Of a stretch of DNA of 64,000 nt, positions 9,259 to 18,739 are shown one piece after another (within the stretch, counting starts at the first letter, position 1; each line of letters begins with the position of its first letter). A program made the translations under genes and the position numbers. The stretch is from an uncultured Candidatus Saccharibacteria bacterium. Lineage in GTDB: Bacteria; Patescibacteriota; Minisyncoccia; Phycocordibacterales; UBA9988. The stretch covers positions 8,848 through 72,847 of the forward strand of contig CAYNXC010000003.1 of NCBI GenBank assembly GCA_964401135.1. Reading direction: 5' to 3'. The notes beneath the pieces were generated by a model. That model saw only the letters and a list, made by a program, of their open reading frames with translations. It was not told the DNA's origin and searched no databases.

Positions 9259-11199
9259 TTATAGAATATTCAAGGGGTCAATATCAACTAGGAAGCGTGG
9301 AGATAGTCCTTTCAGTATTCGGACAAGGCGCTCGTGCGGCCATTGTTCTGGAGCGAGTTTGAGGAGTATATGCATGGTCGCAAACCTAAGCTCCCCAGAT
9401 TGGCCAGGAGAGGCGTAGATCGCAGGATTCCACTCGCGTAACTCTGTAGAGAGCGCCTTGATCTCATCGAGCACTGCACTCTGTTTGCCAGAACGACTGA
9501 TCTTGATGAGGACAGAAAAGGGTGGGTAGAGAAGTGCCTTTCGCACTTCTATTTCGGCACGATGAAACTCAGCAACTTGTCCACGGCTTGCATAGAGGAG
9601 TGTGGCTGCCTCTGGATCTCGTGTTTGGATACAAAAATGTTCCGTTGCCTGTTCTCTGAGGCGATTCAAGAGTACAAACAATCGTTCTCCAATGCGGGAG
9701 TCTGGAATAACGAGCATCGTGTCTACCGAGACCACAGCTACCAGATCAACAGGCCGTACGAGAAAGGGGAGTATCATTTCGGTCCCAATGAGTATGGAGC
9801 CTCGCGTTGCATAGAATTCTGTGATCCGTTCTCGTGCAATGCTCCTGCTCCGTGCAGAGTCACTGTCTACGCAGAACAGCTTTGTGTTGGGGAAAAGATG
9901 CTTTGCCTCCTCGTATGTTTTCTCTGTTCCAATGCCGAGCAGTGTGAGATTCCAACTACCACACTTCCTACACCCATCCGGCGGTTCCTCAGTGTGTCCA
10001 CAACGGTGACAGGAATAGAGGTATGTATCGTGTACTGAATGGAGTACCGCAGGATTACCACAACGAGTGCAGCGCACAGTCTCTCCGCAATCTCTACACA
10101 CGGTGGATGGCGCGACTCCGCGTCGAGCGCCTAGGAGTACTACCTGTCCCTCTTTTTTAACTGTTTCTATAATTAGTCTGGCAAGACTTAGTCCGATGGC
10201 TTTCCCTGCCTCTCTTTTCTTCACTGCACTACGCTCCTCCTCTCTCATATTGATAAGATGGATGTTTGCGCGAGAAGGAATGCGTGTTTTTATGGAGACG
10301 AACGGGACAAATTCCTCCTTTTCTAGCCGGAGCACAGACTCTGTACGCAATACTGAATCTCCGAGGATGAGGCGGATAAGGCTCTCATCTGCTAAGTACT
10401 CTGCAAAACGCCGCATATCAATGAAAGGGCGTGTAAGCATTTTATACGAGGGAGTGTTCTCTTTATCAATAATGATGGTCTCTATAGATCCTCCCGCAAG
10501 CGCGAGAGCAGCAGTGGTCCCAATAATGAGGAGTGGTGTATCCCCATTAAGCTCTGTGCTAATTTTTTTTATGTCTGCTTTTGTGCTATCCCCGCTTATG
10601 ATGCGCACTGAAGTACTGATCCCTCTGCCCAAAATACCTTCTACACCCAGGACATCTTCGCGAGTCGGCTCTACAATGAGGACGGAACGACGTCCGACGA
10701 ATGATTCTCGCACCAACTTTTTGTAGAGGGAAAATCGCTCCTCGGCAGTATCAGATACTACATACTTCTCTGGACGGATACCTGACTCTCGGGCTTTTAT
10801 AGAGGGGAGTGCTACTTGTGCTTCTAGTAATGATTTTGGCAAGAGCGCAGAGAGTGTTGTTGAAAGGGGCGCCGCGTAGTACGCTGCTGTCTTTCTCGCC
10901 GCGGCAAGAAACTGTGGGGACATAAAGAGAGGATAGAGTACTTTTTCGATCTTTTTGAGTGAGTATCGGGATGCTTTCAGCTCTGCCTTATGAATGGTGA
11001 GCGGGGCATGCGCAATCACTAAGGCCTTATACTTCTTCCCGCGTATACTGATTTCAACCAAATCACCCTCAGAGACGGTCCCTGCAGAGTAGTATGAGAG
11101 CTCTTCAGCAAACACGCCACGAGAGAGAGGGATGACCGTAATCAAGTTCATGGCTATAGTATAAGTACCAAGAGTGAAGTAGCAAGGCTCCAGTGACAA
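9259..11199 (-). CDS. priA: primosomal protein N' (PriA) homolog with apparently degenerate helicase motifs
   Basis: 646 aa. The C-terminal Cys-rich region (CRDCGETVRCTRCGNP ... CHRCGH ... CRKCGS) and C-terminal domain architecture are typical of PriA. In the helicase core, however, I cannot find Walker A (GxGKT); motif II reads DKEN rather than DEEH, and motif III reads DSV rather than SAT. Confidence 0.82.
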   Translation of the reverse strand: MSLEPCYFTLGTYTIAMNLITVIPLSRGVFAEELSYYSAGTVSEGDLVEISIRGKKYKALVIAHAPLTIHKAELKASRYSLKKIEKVLYPLFMSPQFLAAARKTAAYYAAPLSTTLSALLPKSLLEAQVALPSIKARESGIRPEKYVVSDTAEERFSLYKKLVRESFVGRRSVLIVEPTREDVLGVEGILGRGISTSVRIISGDSTKADIKKISTELNGDTPLLIIGTTAALALAGGSIETIIIDKENTPSYKMLTRPFIDMRRFAEYLADESLIRLILGDSVLRTESVLRLEKEEFVPFVSIKTRIPSRANIHLINMREEERSAVKKREAGKAIGLSLARLIIETVKKEGQVVLLGARRGVAPSTVCRDCGETVRCTRCGNPAVLHSVHDTYLYSCHRCGHTEEPPDGCRKCGSWNLTLLGIGTEKTYEEAKHLFPNTKLFCVDSDSARSRSIARERITEFYATRGSILIGTEMILPFLVRPVDLVAVVSVDTMLVIPDSRIGERLFVLLNRLREQATEHFCIQTRDPEAATLLYASRGQVAEFHRAEIEVRKALLYPPFSVLIKISRSGKQSAVLDEIKALSTELREWNPAIYASPGQSGELRFATMHILLKLAPEQWPHERLVRILKGLSPRFLVDIDPLNIL

Positions 11200-11206
11200 G
11201 TTAAAA

Positions 11207-12511
11207 TTGGTAGATTACAATACCTCTATGAATAAAGAATTATTTGAAATACAGGGATTGGGAGGAACAGCAGTACTTGAAGGAGAGATTCGTGTCTCTG
11301 GCGCAAAAAATGCTGCACTTCCTGCACTTGCGAGTACAGTTCTTTTCTCTTCCCCAGTCACACTTACCGGCATACCAGAGATTGAAGACATCCACCGGAC
11401 AAAAGAGATGATCCAAGCTCTCGGTGGACAGGTAGACTCAGAGGCGGAGGGTACACTCCGTATCTCTATTCCCGACACGACACGCCCTGACCTTACGGGA
11501 GAGATTGCAAAAAGAATGCGTGCGTCAGTGATCTTCACTGGGCCTTTACTCGCACGCTTTAGAGAAGTCCGATTCCCTCACCCCGGAGGTTGTGTGATTG
11601 GGCCACGGCCGATTGATATGTTTTTAGAGGCTTACCAGCGAATGGGAGCGCAGGTGAAAGTAGAGGATGGATCATACTGCATCAGTGCGCCAGAAGGACT
11701 CCACGGAGCAGAGATTTTTTTTAGACAACAAAGCGTCACGGGGACAGAAGCCCTTATGATGGCGGCGGTTCTTGCTCGGGGAACTACAGTGATTCGTAAC
11801 GCGGCCATGGAACCAGAGATAAGTAATGTTGCAGAATTTTTGTGTGCCAACGGAGCACTTATTGACGGTGCTGGATCTTCTACCATACGCATAGATGGAG
11901 GGAATCTACTCGCCGCGAGTACCGAGTATCACTGTATCCCTGATCGTATTGAAGCGGGGAGCTTCCTTATCCTTGCGGCACTTGCTGGAAAAAAAATAAA
12001 AATCTCACATATTATTCCAGAACATATTTACGCACTGAGCTACGAGTTGGTACGCGCGGGAGTGCCATTGGTATTCGGAGAGGATTATGTAGAAGTGTCT
12101 GCCCGCTCTGGCAGCTATAGTTCGGTAAATATCAAAACGCACGAATATCCTGGATTCCCCACTGACTTACAAGCTCCGATGCTCATCTTCCTTACACAGG
12201 CGCACGGAGAGAGTTTTGTGTTTGAGACAGTGTTTGAAAATCGTTTAAACTATACCGAGGAGTTGGTTCGGATGGGGGCAGATATCAGCGTCTTTAATCC
12301 ACACCAAGCTCTGGTGCGAGGGCCACACCCACTGCGGGCCCGTGAGTTGGAGAGCCCTGACATCCGTGCGGGGCTTGCATTTGTTATTGCAGCGAGTATT
12401 GCACGCGGAACCTCACTCGTGCATAATGTATATTATATTGATCGCGGCCACGAACATATCGAAGCTCGACTCTCTGCTCTCGGACTTTCTATTACGCGTA
12501 AAACACAATGA
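11207..12511 (+). CDS. murA: UDP-N-acetylglucosamine 1-carboxyvinyltransferase
   Basis: 434 aa with the MurA N-terminus ... VSGAKNAALP and EPSP-synthase-fold repeats. An alternative start at 11228 (MNKELFEIQG) fits the family N-terminus better. Confidence 0.93.
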   Translation: MVDYNTSMNKELFEIQGLGGTAVLEGEIRVSGAKNAALPALASTVLFSSPVTLTGIPEIEDIHRTKEMIQALGGQVDSEAEGTLRISIPDTTRPDLTGEIAKRMRASVIFTGPLLARFREVRFPHPGGCVIGPRPIDMFLEAYQRMGAQVKVEDGSYCISAPEGLHGAEIFFRQQSVTGTEALMMAAVLARGTTVIRNAAMEPEISNVAEFLCANGALIDGAGSSTIRIDGGNLLAASTEYHCIPDRIEAGSFLILAALAGKKIKISHIIPEHIYALSYELVRAGVPLVFGEDYVEVSARSGSYSSVNIKTHEYPGFPTDLQAPMLIFLTQAHGESFVFETVFENRLNYTEELVRMGADISVFNPHQALVRGPHPLRARELESPDIRAGLAFVIAASIARGTSLVHNVYYIDRGHEHIEARLSALGLSITRKTQ

Positions 12512-14109
12512 ATAAAAAACTTGTAGAATTTATTCGTACACAGACTCTCTTAGGGAAAACTCCGAAAGAAATTTCGGATATACTGATAACACAAGGAGGA
12601 TGGACGCAGGAGGAGATACAGAGCGCGTTTACAGAAGCACGGGCTGGATCACAAGAACATATGCAACCCATAGTCTCTGAGCCCATTACTTCTGTCGGAG
12701 CACAGATTCAAGTGGCGCAGAGTGCTCCAAAGAACGTATCAGCTGATGCCCCACATAGAAAGGGCTTACGGATGCGCACCACAATACTTTTTTCTGTCGC
12801 ATTCCTTCTCCTTGCCGCAGGGCTTGCCTACGCCTACTTTGTCTATCTTCCAAACAGAAATCAACCGCCACTCAGTGAAGCAATCTCGGCAATTGTATCT
12901 GGATCAGAATCTATCTCTCGTGCCACTTATGCTGGGAGTATTCACGCAACAGGGACATTTCAGCACGCGCGAGAGGAAATGTATCTCGGAGACACGCTCA
13001 CCAAAGGATCTTTTGACGCGCAATTACCTTTCATTTTTTCATATATTCGCACGGATAGCGGTACTGATTGGCAGGCACAGATCTCTCCCCACGGAACATT
13101 TTCTATGCCTCCACTCACCATCACTGCATCGGCAACCAGTTCCTTTCTATCTGCAAGTAGCACTTTCTATCTACGTCTAGATGATATTTCTGAGATAGCT
13201 ATGATGCCTTTTGATCTCTCTAGCATCAAGGGAGTCTGGATTAGGAACCCACTCTCAAAGATATCCTCAAGTTACACTAATTCATTTGATATAGAGCAAT
13301 CCTATGCGTCTACAAGTGGAGCCTATAATGAAGCGTATAAAAAAGTGTTTACCCGTGCTATTTCTGAACAGGTAATCAAGGCTACCGATACTCTTCCTGG
13401 AGAGCTTATAGGAGGGAATCGGACATACCGATATCGTTTTCAAATAGATATGGGAAAGTTCTCTACTATCATGGCTGAAGAGCTCCGCGCGGTGCATCCC
13501 AATGATGAGTCATTTGCGCCTGAGGGAATAGATCGTGATCTTGCAACACTACCTCCACTTTGGGGGGATCTCTGGGTCGATCGTGATTCGCTATCATTAC
13601 GGCGTATCTCACTTATGTATCAGGTGAGCACTACCAGCCCGAGTACTTCAAATGCAACAAGTAAGTTTGCTGTCAATATACGCGTTACTCTTGAACGACT
13701 AAATACTGCTCCCTCTGCGATTACTGTTCCAGAGAATTCAGTTACTCCAGAGGAATTAATGGATGCTGTGCAGTTTAATTCTCTCTTGGCCAAACTTGGC
13801 GACAACTCAAGTTCCACCGAGGCCATTGCACACAAGCTATGGTCAGCACGCAAACTCCTCCAAGAGACATTCCCGGCTACTACTACTGCCTCCCGCTTGT
13901 GGAGAAGGTACCCTGCGAATGCATGCACATTACTCGGAACGAGCACTGCATGCAGGGTGGGTCCCGCAAGCGCAATAGGAAACACTTTTGTCCTCTGGGC
14001 AAATCTCCCTAATAAGCGTATACTCTGCGTTGACAGCAACGCAATGGTGCTTCTTTCAAAGAGTCTAAAGACGACAGAGTATCGTTGCCCTCCTGCTGTT
14101 ATCTTTTAA
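12508..14109 (+). CDS. hypothetical membrane-anchored protein with a large extracytoplasmic domain
   Basis: 533 aa: a short cytoplasmic N-terminal helix-rich domain (possibly UBA-like, EISDILITQGGWTQEEIQSAF), one TM helix (ILFSVAFLLLAAGLAYAYFVYL), then about 430 aa rich in Ser/Thr with no recognised family. It overlaps the murA stop by 4 nt and the mreB start by 1 nt. Confidence 0.6.
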   Translation: MNKKLVEFIRTQTLLGKTPKEISDILITQGGWTQEEIQSAFTEARAGSQEHMQPIVSEPITSVGAQIQVAQSAPKNVSADAPHRKGLRMRTTILFSVAFLLLAAGLAYAYFVYLPNRNQPPLSEAISAIVSGSESISRATYAGSIHATGTFQHAREEMYLGDTLTKGSFDAQLPFIFSYIRTDSGTDWQAQISPHGTFSMPPLTITASATSSFLSASSTFYLRLDDISEIAMMPFDLSSIKGVWIRNPLSKISSSYTNSFDIEQSYASTSGAYNEAYKKVFTRAISEQVIKATDTLPGELIGGNRTYRYRFQIDMGKFSTIMAEELRAVHPNDESFAPEGIDRDLATLPPLWGDLWVDRDSLSLRRISLMYQVSTTSPSTSNATSKFAVNIRVTLERLNTAPSAITVPENSVTPEELMDAVQFNSLLAKLGDNSSSTEAIAHKLWSARKLLQETFPATTTASRLWRRYPANACTLLGTSTACRVGPASAIGNTFVLWANLPNKRILCVDSNAMVLLSKSLKTTEYRCPPAVIF

Positions 14110-15122
14110 TGCTCTGGCCATCACGACGACTTGGAATTGATCTCGGCACTGCTAATACTCTGGTCTATGCTCCAGGGAGAGGTATTGTGCTGAATGAATC
14201 GTCTGTTGTGGCAATTTCTGAATACGATAAGAAGGTGCTTGCTGTGGGCACGGATGCAAAGATCATGATCGGTAAGACCCCTGACTCCATCATCGCTTAC
14301 CGTCCTATGAAGGATGGCGTCATCGCTGACTACCGTGTTACTGAAGCAATGCTCCGTTATTTTATTGGGAAGGCGCTTGGCAAGTGGGGATTTCTTAAGC
14401 CCGATGTCATGGTATCTGTTCCAGCAGGGATCACCTCTACAGAGCGGAGAGCAGTGATCGAAGCAGCCCTGCGCGCTGGAGCACGGAATGCCTATGTGGT
14501 GAAAGAGCCTATTTTAGCTGCCATTGGTGCAGGCATTCCCATTCAAGAAGCAACGGGTCATATGGTGGTAGATATCGGCGGAGGGACGACCGATGTAGCG
14601 GTTATCTCACTGGGTGGTATTGTGGCATCAACATCAGTCAAGTGCGCAGGAGATAAGTTAGATTTAGCAATCGGAGATTACATTAAAAAGACATTCAATT
14701 TAGCTATTGGTGATAAAACAGCAGAAGAGGTAAAGATGCGCATTGGTTCAGCGCTCCCTATAGATGAAGAGCTCTCCTACATGCTTAAGGGGCGAGATCT
14801 TATCACTGGGCTGCCTCGCTCAGTAGAGATAAAGACGAATGAGATAGTACGAGCAATCCAACCGCAGCTTCGCCTGATGATTAAGGCTATCAAGGATGTG
14901 TTCCAAGATACTCCGCCTGAACTTGCCGCAGACATCATTGATCAGGGGATTACCATGACAGGAGGTTCATCTCAACTGCGTAATCTCCCAGAGTTGGTAT
15001 TAAAACGCACAGGAGTGAAAGCTTTTGCCGCCGAGAATTCACTCTTCTGCGTGGCAAATGGGACGGGGACAGCACTCTCACACCTTGGCACTTATAAGAT
15101 GAGTATTCTCTCAAAGCGGTGA
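14109..15122 (+). CDS. mreB: rod shape-determining protein MreB (paralog 1)
   Basis: Actin-fold motifs LGIDLGTANTLVY and DIGGGTTDVAVISLGGIV. I use the internal ATG at 14109, which overlaps the upstream stop as TAATG. Confidence 0.92.
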   Translation: MLWPSRRLGIDLGTANTLVYAPGRGIVLNESSVVAISEYDKKVLAVGTDAKIMIGKTPDSIIAYRPMKDGVIADYRVTEAMLRYFIGKALGKWGFLKPDVMVSVPAGITSTERRAVIEAALRAGARNAYVVKEPILAAIGAGIPIQEATGHMVVDIGGGTTDVAVISLGGIVASTSVKCAGDKLDLAIGDYIKKTFNLAIGDKTAEEVKMRIGSALPIDEELSYMLKGRDLITGLPRSVEIKTNEIVRAIQPQLRLMIKAIKDVFQDTPPELAADIIDQGITMTGGSSQLRNLPELVLKRTGVKAFAAENSLFCVANGTGTALSHLGTYKMSILSKR

Positions 15123-15748
15123 GCATATCGACTCTATTAACGCAGATAAAGAAAGGAGAGGCTCACGCATACATCGCTGATGGAGCATTTCCAGATGCAA
15201 CAGAAGAACTATTCCGTAGTTTGCATGAACGAGGAGAGAAATTTTTTCTCATTGAGCGCGATACCCTGCGTATAGAAGATGTGAGGGAACTTCGTATACA
15301 AGCAACAAGAAAACAAGATTCACACACCCTTTTCATCCTCAAAGCACACAGCATACTGCAGGAGGCTCAACATGCGCTCCTGAAGGCCTTAGAAGAGCCT
15401 TCTGAGGGGATTGTGTACCTGATACTTCTTCGTACTTCGTATGCGCTCATCCCCACACTTGCGTCGCGTTGTCAACGGCTGGTTGTAGATTGCGCTCATG
15501 ATGATACGAGTATTGCTGAGCACTTTCTCTCCACCTCAATCCCTAGACGCCTTTCACTCGTCAACGACGCAATGGAGACTGCTGGTCATACGAGGGCATA
15601 TGCACTCTTGCGAGAACTCTCTTTCTCTCCTGCACTCTCGGTACGAGCGTATGAAATGATTGTGAGCGCGAATAAGGCTGCAAACCGTCATCCGATAGGG
15701 CTCAAGCAACTCTTAGAGCACCTTGCACTTACTTTACCCAGATACTAA
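15119..15748 (+). CDS. holB: DNA polymerase III delta-prime subunit-like (short)
   Basis: 209 aa with the HolB-like blocks ALLKALEEP and LASRCQRL (compare the LLKTLEEPP / SRC motifs). It is shorter than canonical HolB. Confidence 0.65.
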   Translation: MSISTLLTQIKKGEAHAYIADGAFPDATEELFRSLHERGEKFFLIERDTLRIEDVRELRIQATRKQDSHTLFILKAHSILQEAQHALLKALEEPSEGIVYLILLRTSYALIPTLASRCQRLVVDCAHDDTSIAEHFLSTSIPRRLSLVNDAMETAGHTRAYALLRELSFSPALSVRAYEMIVSANKAANRHPIGLKQLLEHLALTLPRY

Positions 15749-15771
15749 ACATTTGTTACACTATCAACGCT

Positions 15772-16326
15772 ATGACATACAATTTTCAGACGCTTAAGGG
15801 GCAATTTTCCGCGATAGAGAATTGGTTGAATGAGGAGCTCTCTCTCTTGCGTACAGGTAAGGCAACACCGCGCATATTAGATAAAGTGCAGGTAGATACC
15901 TACGGGTCACGCAGTGATCTAAAACATGTGGGGAGTATTGCGGTGCAGGACGCACGGACACTCTACATCACTCCCTGGGATACTTCTCTTATTAGCGCAA
16001 TCCAAAAGGGGATAGATGCTGCAAATCTTGGCGTCTCTGCCGTCCCAGACGGAAGTGGAGTGCGGGTTACTTTTCCAGAATTGACTGGAGAGCGTCGTGC
16101 ACAAATGGTAAAACAGGTCGGGATTAAACTTGAAGAGGCACGGATCTCTGTACGCACAGAGCGAGAGAAGATACAAAATGATATTCTCTCGAAAGAAAAA
16201 ACCGGAGGTATCTCAGAAGATGAGCGCTTCCGCGCAAGAGAAGAACTCCAACATCTCGTAGATGATATTCATGCCCGTCTTGAGGCTCTTGCAGAGAAGA
16301 AGCGCTCTGAAATGACAACACTATGA
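15772..16326 (+). CDS. frr: ribosome recycling factor
   Basis: 184 aa with the full-length RRF pattern (... LLRTGKATPRILD ... DARTLYITPWD ...). Confidence 0.93.
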   Translation: MTYNFQTLKGQFSAIENWLNEELSLLRTGKATPRILDKVQVDTYGSRSDLKHVGSIAVQDARTLYITPWDTSLISAIQKGIDAANLGVSAVPDGSGVRVTFPELTGERRAQMVKQVGIKLEEARISVRTEREKIQNDILSKEKTGGISEDERFRAREELQHLVDDIHARLEALAEKKRSEMTTL

Positions 16327-17384
16327 GCATCCTTATCTTTCTTATCATCTTAGTTGTGCTCATAGTCGTGCATGAATTGGGGCACTTTAGTATTGCAAAG
16401 TGGGCACGGGTAGCCGTGGATGAGTTTGCAGTCGGATTTCCCCCCCGTCTCTTTGCGCGGAAGTGGGGAGAGACCGTGTATGCAGTTAATGCGCTCCCTA
16501 TTGGTGGCTATGTAAAGATTCGAGGCGAGAATGGTGCAGAGAAAAATGATCCGCGTTCTCTTGCATCTCGTCCTCGTCTTATCCAGGCCGCAGTACTCTC
16601 TGGAGGAGTGCTCTGTAACGCTCTTTTAGGCTGGGCATTTATCTCTCTTGGGCTCATGCTAGGTCTCCCTGTCTCTGATACAACAGTACCGGAAGGATAT
16701 ACCTTATCTCATCCAATGACTGTCGTCACCAGTGTGCGTGCTGATTCCCCTGCGGCACAATCGGGAATGCGGGGAGGAGACAAGATTGTTTCTATAAACA
16801 CATTGCGTGATCCGGCTATACAAGATATTCAACGTATAGTAAAGGAATCTTCTGGAGGCATCGAATTTGTTGTCATACGAGCAGGAACAGAAAAATTTGT
16901 GACGGTTATGCCTGCTGGGGAAGTAGGAGAGGAGAAGAGTATTGGCATAGGTCTTGATCGAATAGGTACACTCAAACTCTCTATCTCCGATGCCGTTGTG
17001 AGTGGATTTTCCATGACGGCACATCTTGCGTGGGCGACGCTCTCTACGCTCATCACTATTGTACAAAGTCTTTTTTCAGGAACCCCAGCATTTGATGCTG
17101 TTACCGGTCCCGTTGGCCTTGTGAGTCTTGTTGGCACTGCTCGTGACATGGGGCTTATCTACCTCCTCTCCCTCACCGCCATCATCTCGGTCAATCTCGC
17201 TATAGTGAATCTTCTCCCTTTCCCAGCACTTGACGGGGGAAGACTGCTTGTTCTTCTCATAGAAGGAGTGACGCACCGTACACTTCCTGAACGGATAACC
17301 GGGATACTTCACCTCACTGGTCTTATCATCTTGATTGCTCTCATGGTGTTAATCACCATCCGTGACATCCACAATCTGTTTTGA
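16323..17384 (+). CDS. rseP: RIP site-2 metalloprotease (M50, RseP family) with a PDZ domain
   Basis: The HELGH zinc motif lies in the first TM helix. There is a central PDZ-like region and the C-terminal LDGG motif (PALDGGRL). Confidence 0.88.
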   Translation: MSILIFLIILVVLIVVHELGHFSIAKWARVAVDEFAVGFPPRLFARKWGETVYAVNALPIGGYVKIRGENGAEKNDPRSLASRPRLIQAAVLSGGVLCNALLGWAFISLGLMLGLPVSDTTVPEGYTLSHPMTVVTSVRADSPAAQSGMRGGDKIVSINTLRDPAIQDIQRIVKESSGGIEFVVIRAGTEKFVTVMPAGEVGEEKSIGIGLDRIGTLKLSISDAVVSGFSMTAHLAWATLSTLITIVQSLFSGTPAFDAVTGPVGLVSLVGTARDMGLIYLLSLTAIISVNLAIVNLLPFPALDGGRLLVLLIEGVTHRTLPERITGILHLTGLIILIALMVLITIRDIHNLF

Positions 17385-17498
17385 TCGGTATACACTAGAG
17401 TCGAGGTCACGCTATTGGGTTATTATGGTGCTAGAGCAAAGGTGAGAGAGACTTGCCTTTCTTTGCCCCACTCCTCCTTTTAGGGTAAGATACAGCTC

Positions 17499-18734
17499 AT
17501 GAGATTCTCTCATCTATTTACTAAGACACGACGGGATGCCCCTAGAGATGAGGTAGCAAAGAATGCACTCTTACTCACTCGAGCAGGTTTCGTGGATAAG
17601 GTCGCGGCAGGCGTGTACTCGTATCTACCGCTCGGATTCTCCACGCTTGAAAGAATCAACTCAATCATCCGTGACGAAATGAATTGCATCGGAGGAGTGG
17701 AACTTTTACTCTCGTCACTGCAAAATCCTGAAGTGTGGAAGAGGACTTCACGCTGGGATAGTGATGTGTGGTTTAAAAGTGTATACAAGGCCAGTGGTGA
17801 GACAGGATTTGCTTGGACACAAGAAGAGGCAGCGACGATGCTCATGACAGCGCACATCCAATCTTATAAAGACCTCCCGCGTGCGGTGTATCAGATACAG
17901 ACGAAGTTTAGAAATGAAGAGCGAGCAAAAAGCGGTATTCTGCGTGGACGAGAATTTGTCATGAAGGATCTGTACTCATTCCACACAAGTCAAGACGATC
18001 TTGATAGGTTTTATGAGGAGTGCGCAGCTGCGTATGAGCGGATCTTTACCCGGCTTGGACTTGGTCCAATAACTCTGCGTACCGTTGCCTCTGGTGGTGC
18101 TTTCTCTCAGTACAGCCACGAATTCCAGACATTGTGCTCAGCAGGGGAGGATACAATCTATGTACATCCTGAAAAGCATATTGCCGTCAATAAAGAGGTT
18201 TGTACAGATGAAGTACTTGCCGATTTGGGGATACAAAGATCAGAATTGCGAGAAGAAAAAAGTATCGAAGTCGGAAATATTTTTAAGCTAGGGACACGCT
18301 TCTCTGAGCCGCTTGGATTATCATTTTCTAATGAGCAAGGAGAGAGGAAGCCGGTTATCATGGGAAGTTATGGGATTGGCCCAGGACGAGCCATGGGGAC
18401 TATTGCGGAGGTCCTCTCGGATGAAAAAGGCCTCGTGTGGCCAAGAGAAATAGCTCCATTTTCGTACCATCTTGTACTCATTAGCCCAAAGAATGATAAA
18501 GTGCGTGCACAAGCAGAGGCTCTCTATACAGCTCTCTCTGCGCGAAGTAAGCGTGTTCTCTATGACGACAGAGAGGGGGTGAGTGCGGGAGAAAAGTTCT
18601 CTGATGCGGATCTCATGGGTATGCCAGAACAAATTATCGTCAGTGAAAAGACACTAAGCCAAGGAGCCTATGAAGTCCGTATTCGTGCAGACGGAGCTTC
18701 CCACTTCATCCATGAACAAGAGCTCATTGCTTAA
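17499..18734 (+). CDS. proS: proline--tRNA ligase, bacterial-type without the INS editing domain
   Basis: 411 aa. The N-terminus (RAGFVDKVAAGVYSYLPLG) and class II motifs match ProS. The protein is about 160 aa shorter than E. coli-type ProS, consistent with loss of the insertion/editing domain. Confidence 0.9.
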   Translation: MRFSHLFTKTRRDAPRDEVAKNALLLTRAGFVDKVAAGVYSYLPLGFSTLERINSIIRDEMNCIGGVELLLSSLQNPEVWKRTSRWDSDVWFKSVYKASGETGFAWTQEEAATMLMTAHIQSYKDLPRAVYQIQTKFRNEERAKSGILRGREFVMKDLYSFHTSQDDLDRFYEECAAAYERIFTRLGLGPITLRTVASGGAFSQYSHEFQTLCSAGEDTIYVHPEKHIAVNKEVCTDEVLADLGIQRSELREEKSIEVGNIFKLGTRFSEPLGLSFSNEQGERKPVIMGSYGIGPGRAMGTIAEVLSDEKGLVWPREIAPFSYHLVLISPKNDKVRAQAEALYTALSARSKRVLYDDREGVSAGEKFSDADLMGMPEQIIVSEKTLSQGAYEVRIRADGASHFIHEQELIA

Positions 18735-18739
18735 ACGAT

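Noticed and set aside
10067-10726. 219-aa ORF (and the neighbouring 9562-10038, 9602-9814 and 9821-10009 ORFs) on the plus strand inside priA
   Set aside because: They are antisense to a well-supported priA CDS. The translations are Arg/Ser-rich and low-complexity with no family resemblance. They are typical spurious antisense frames in GC-moderate coding DNA.
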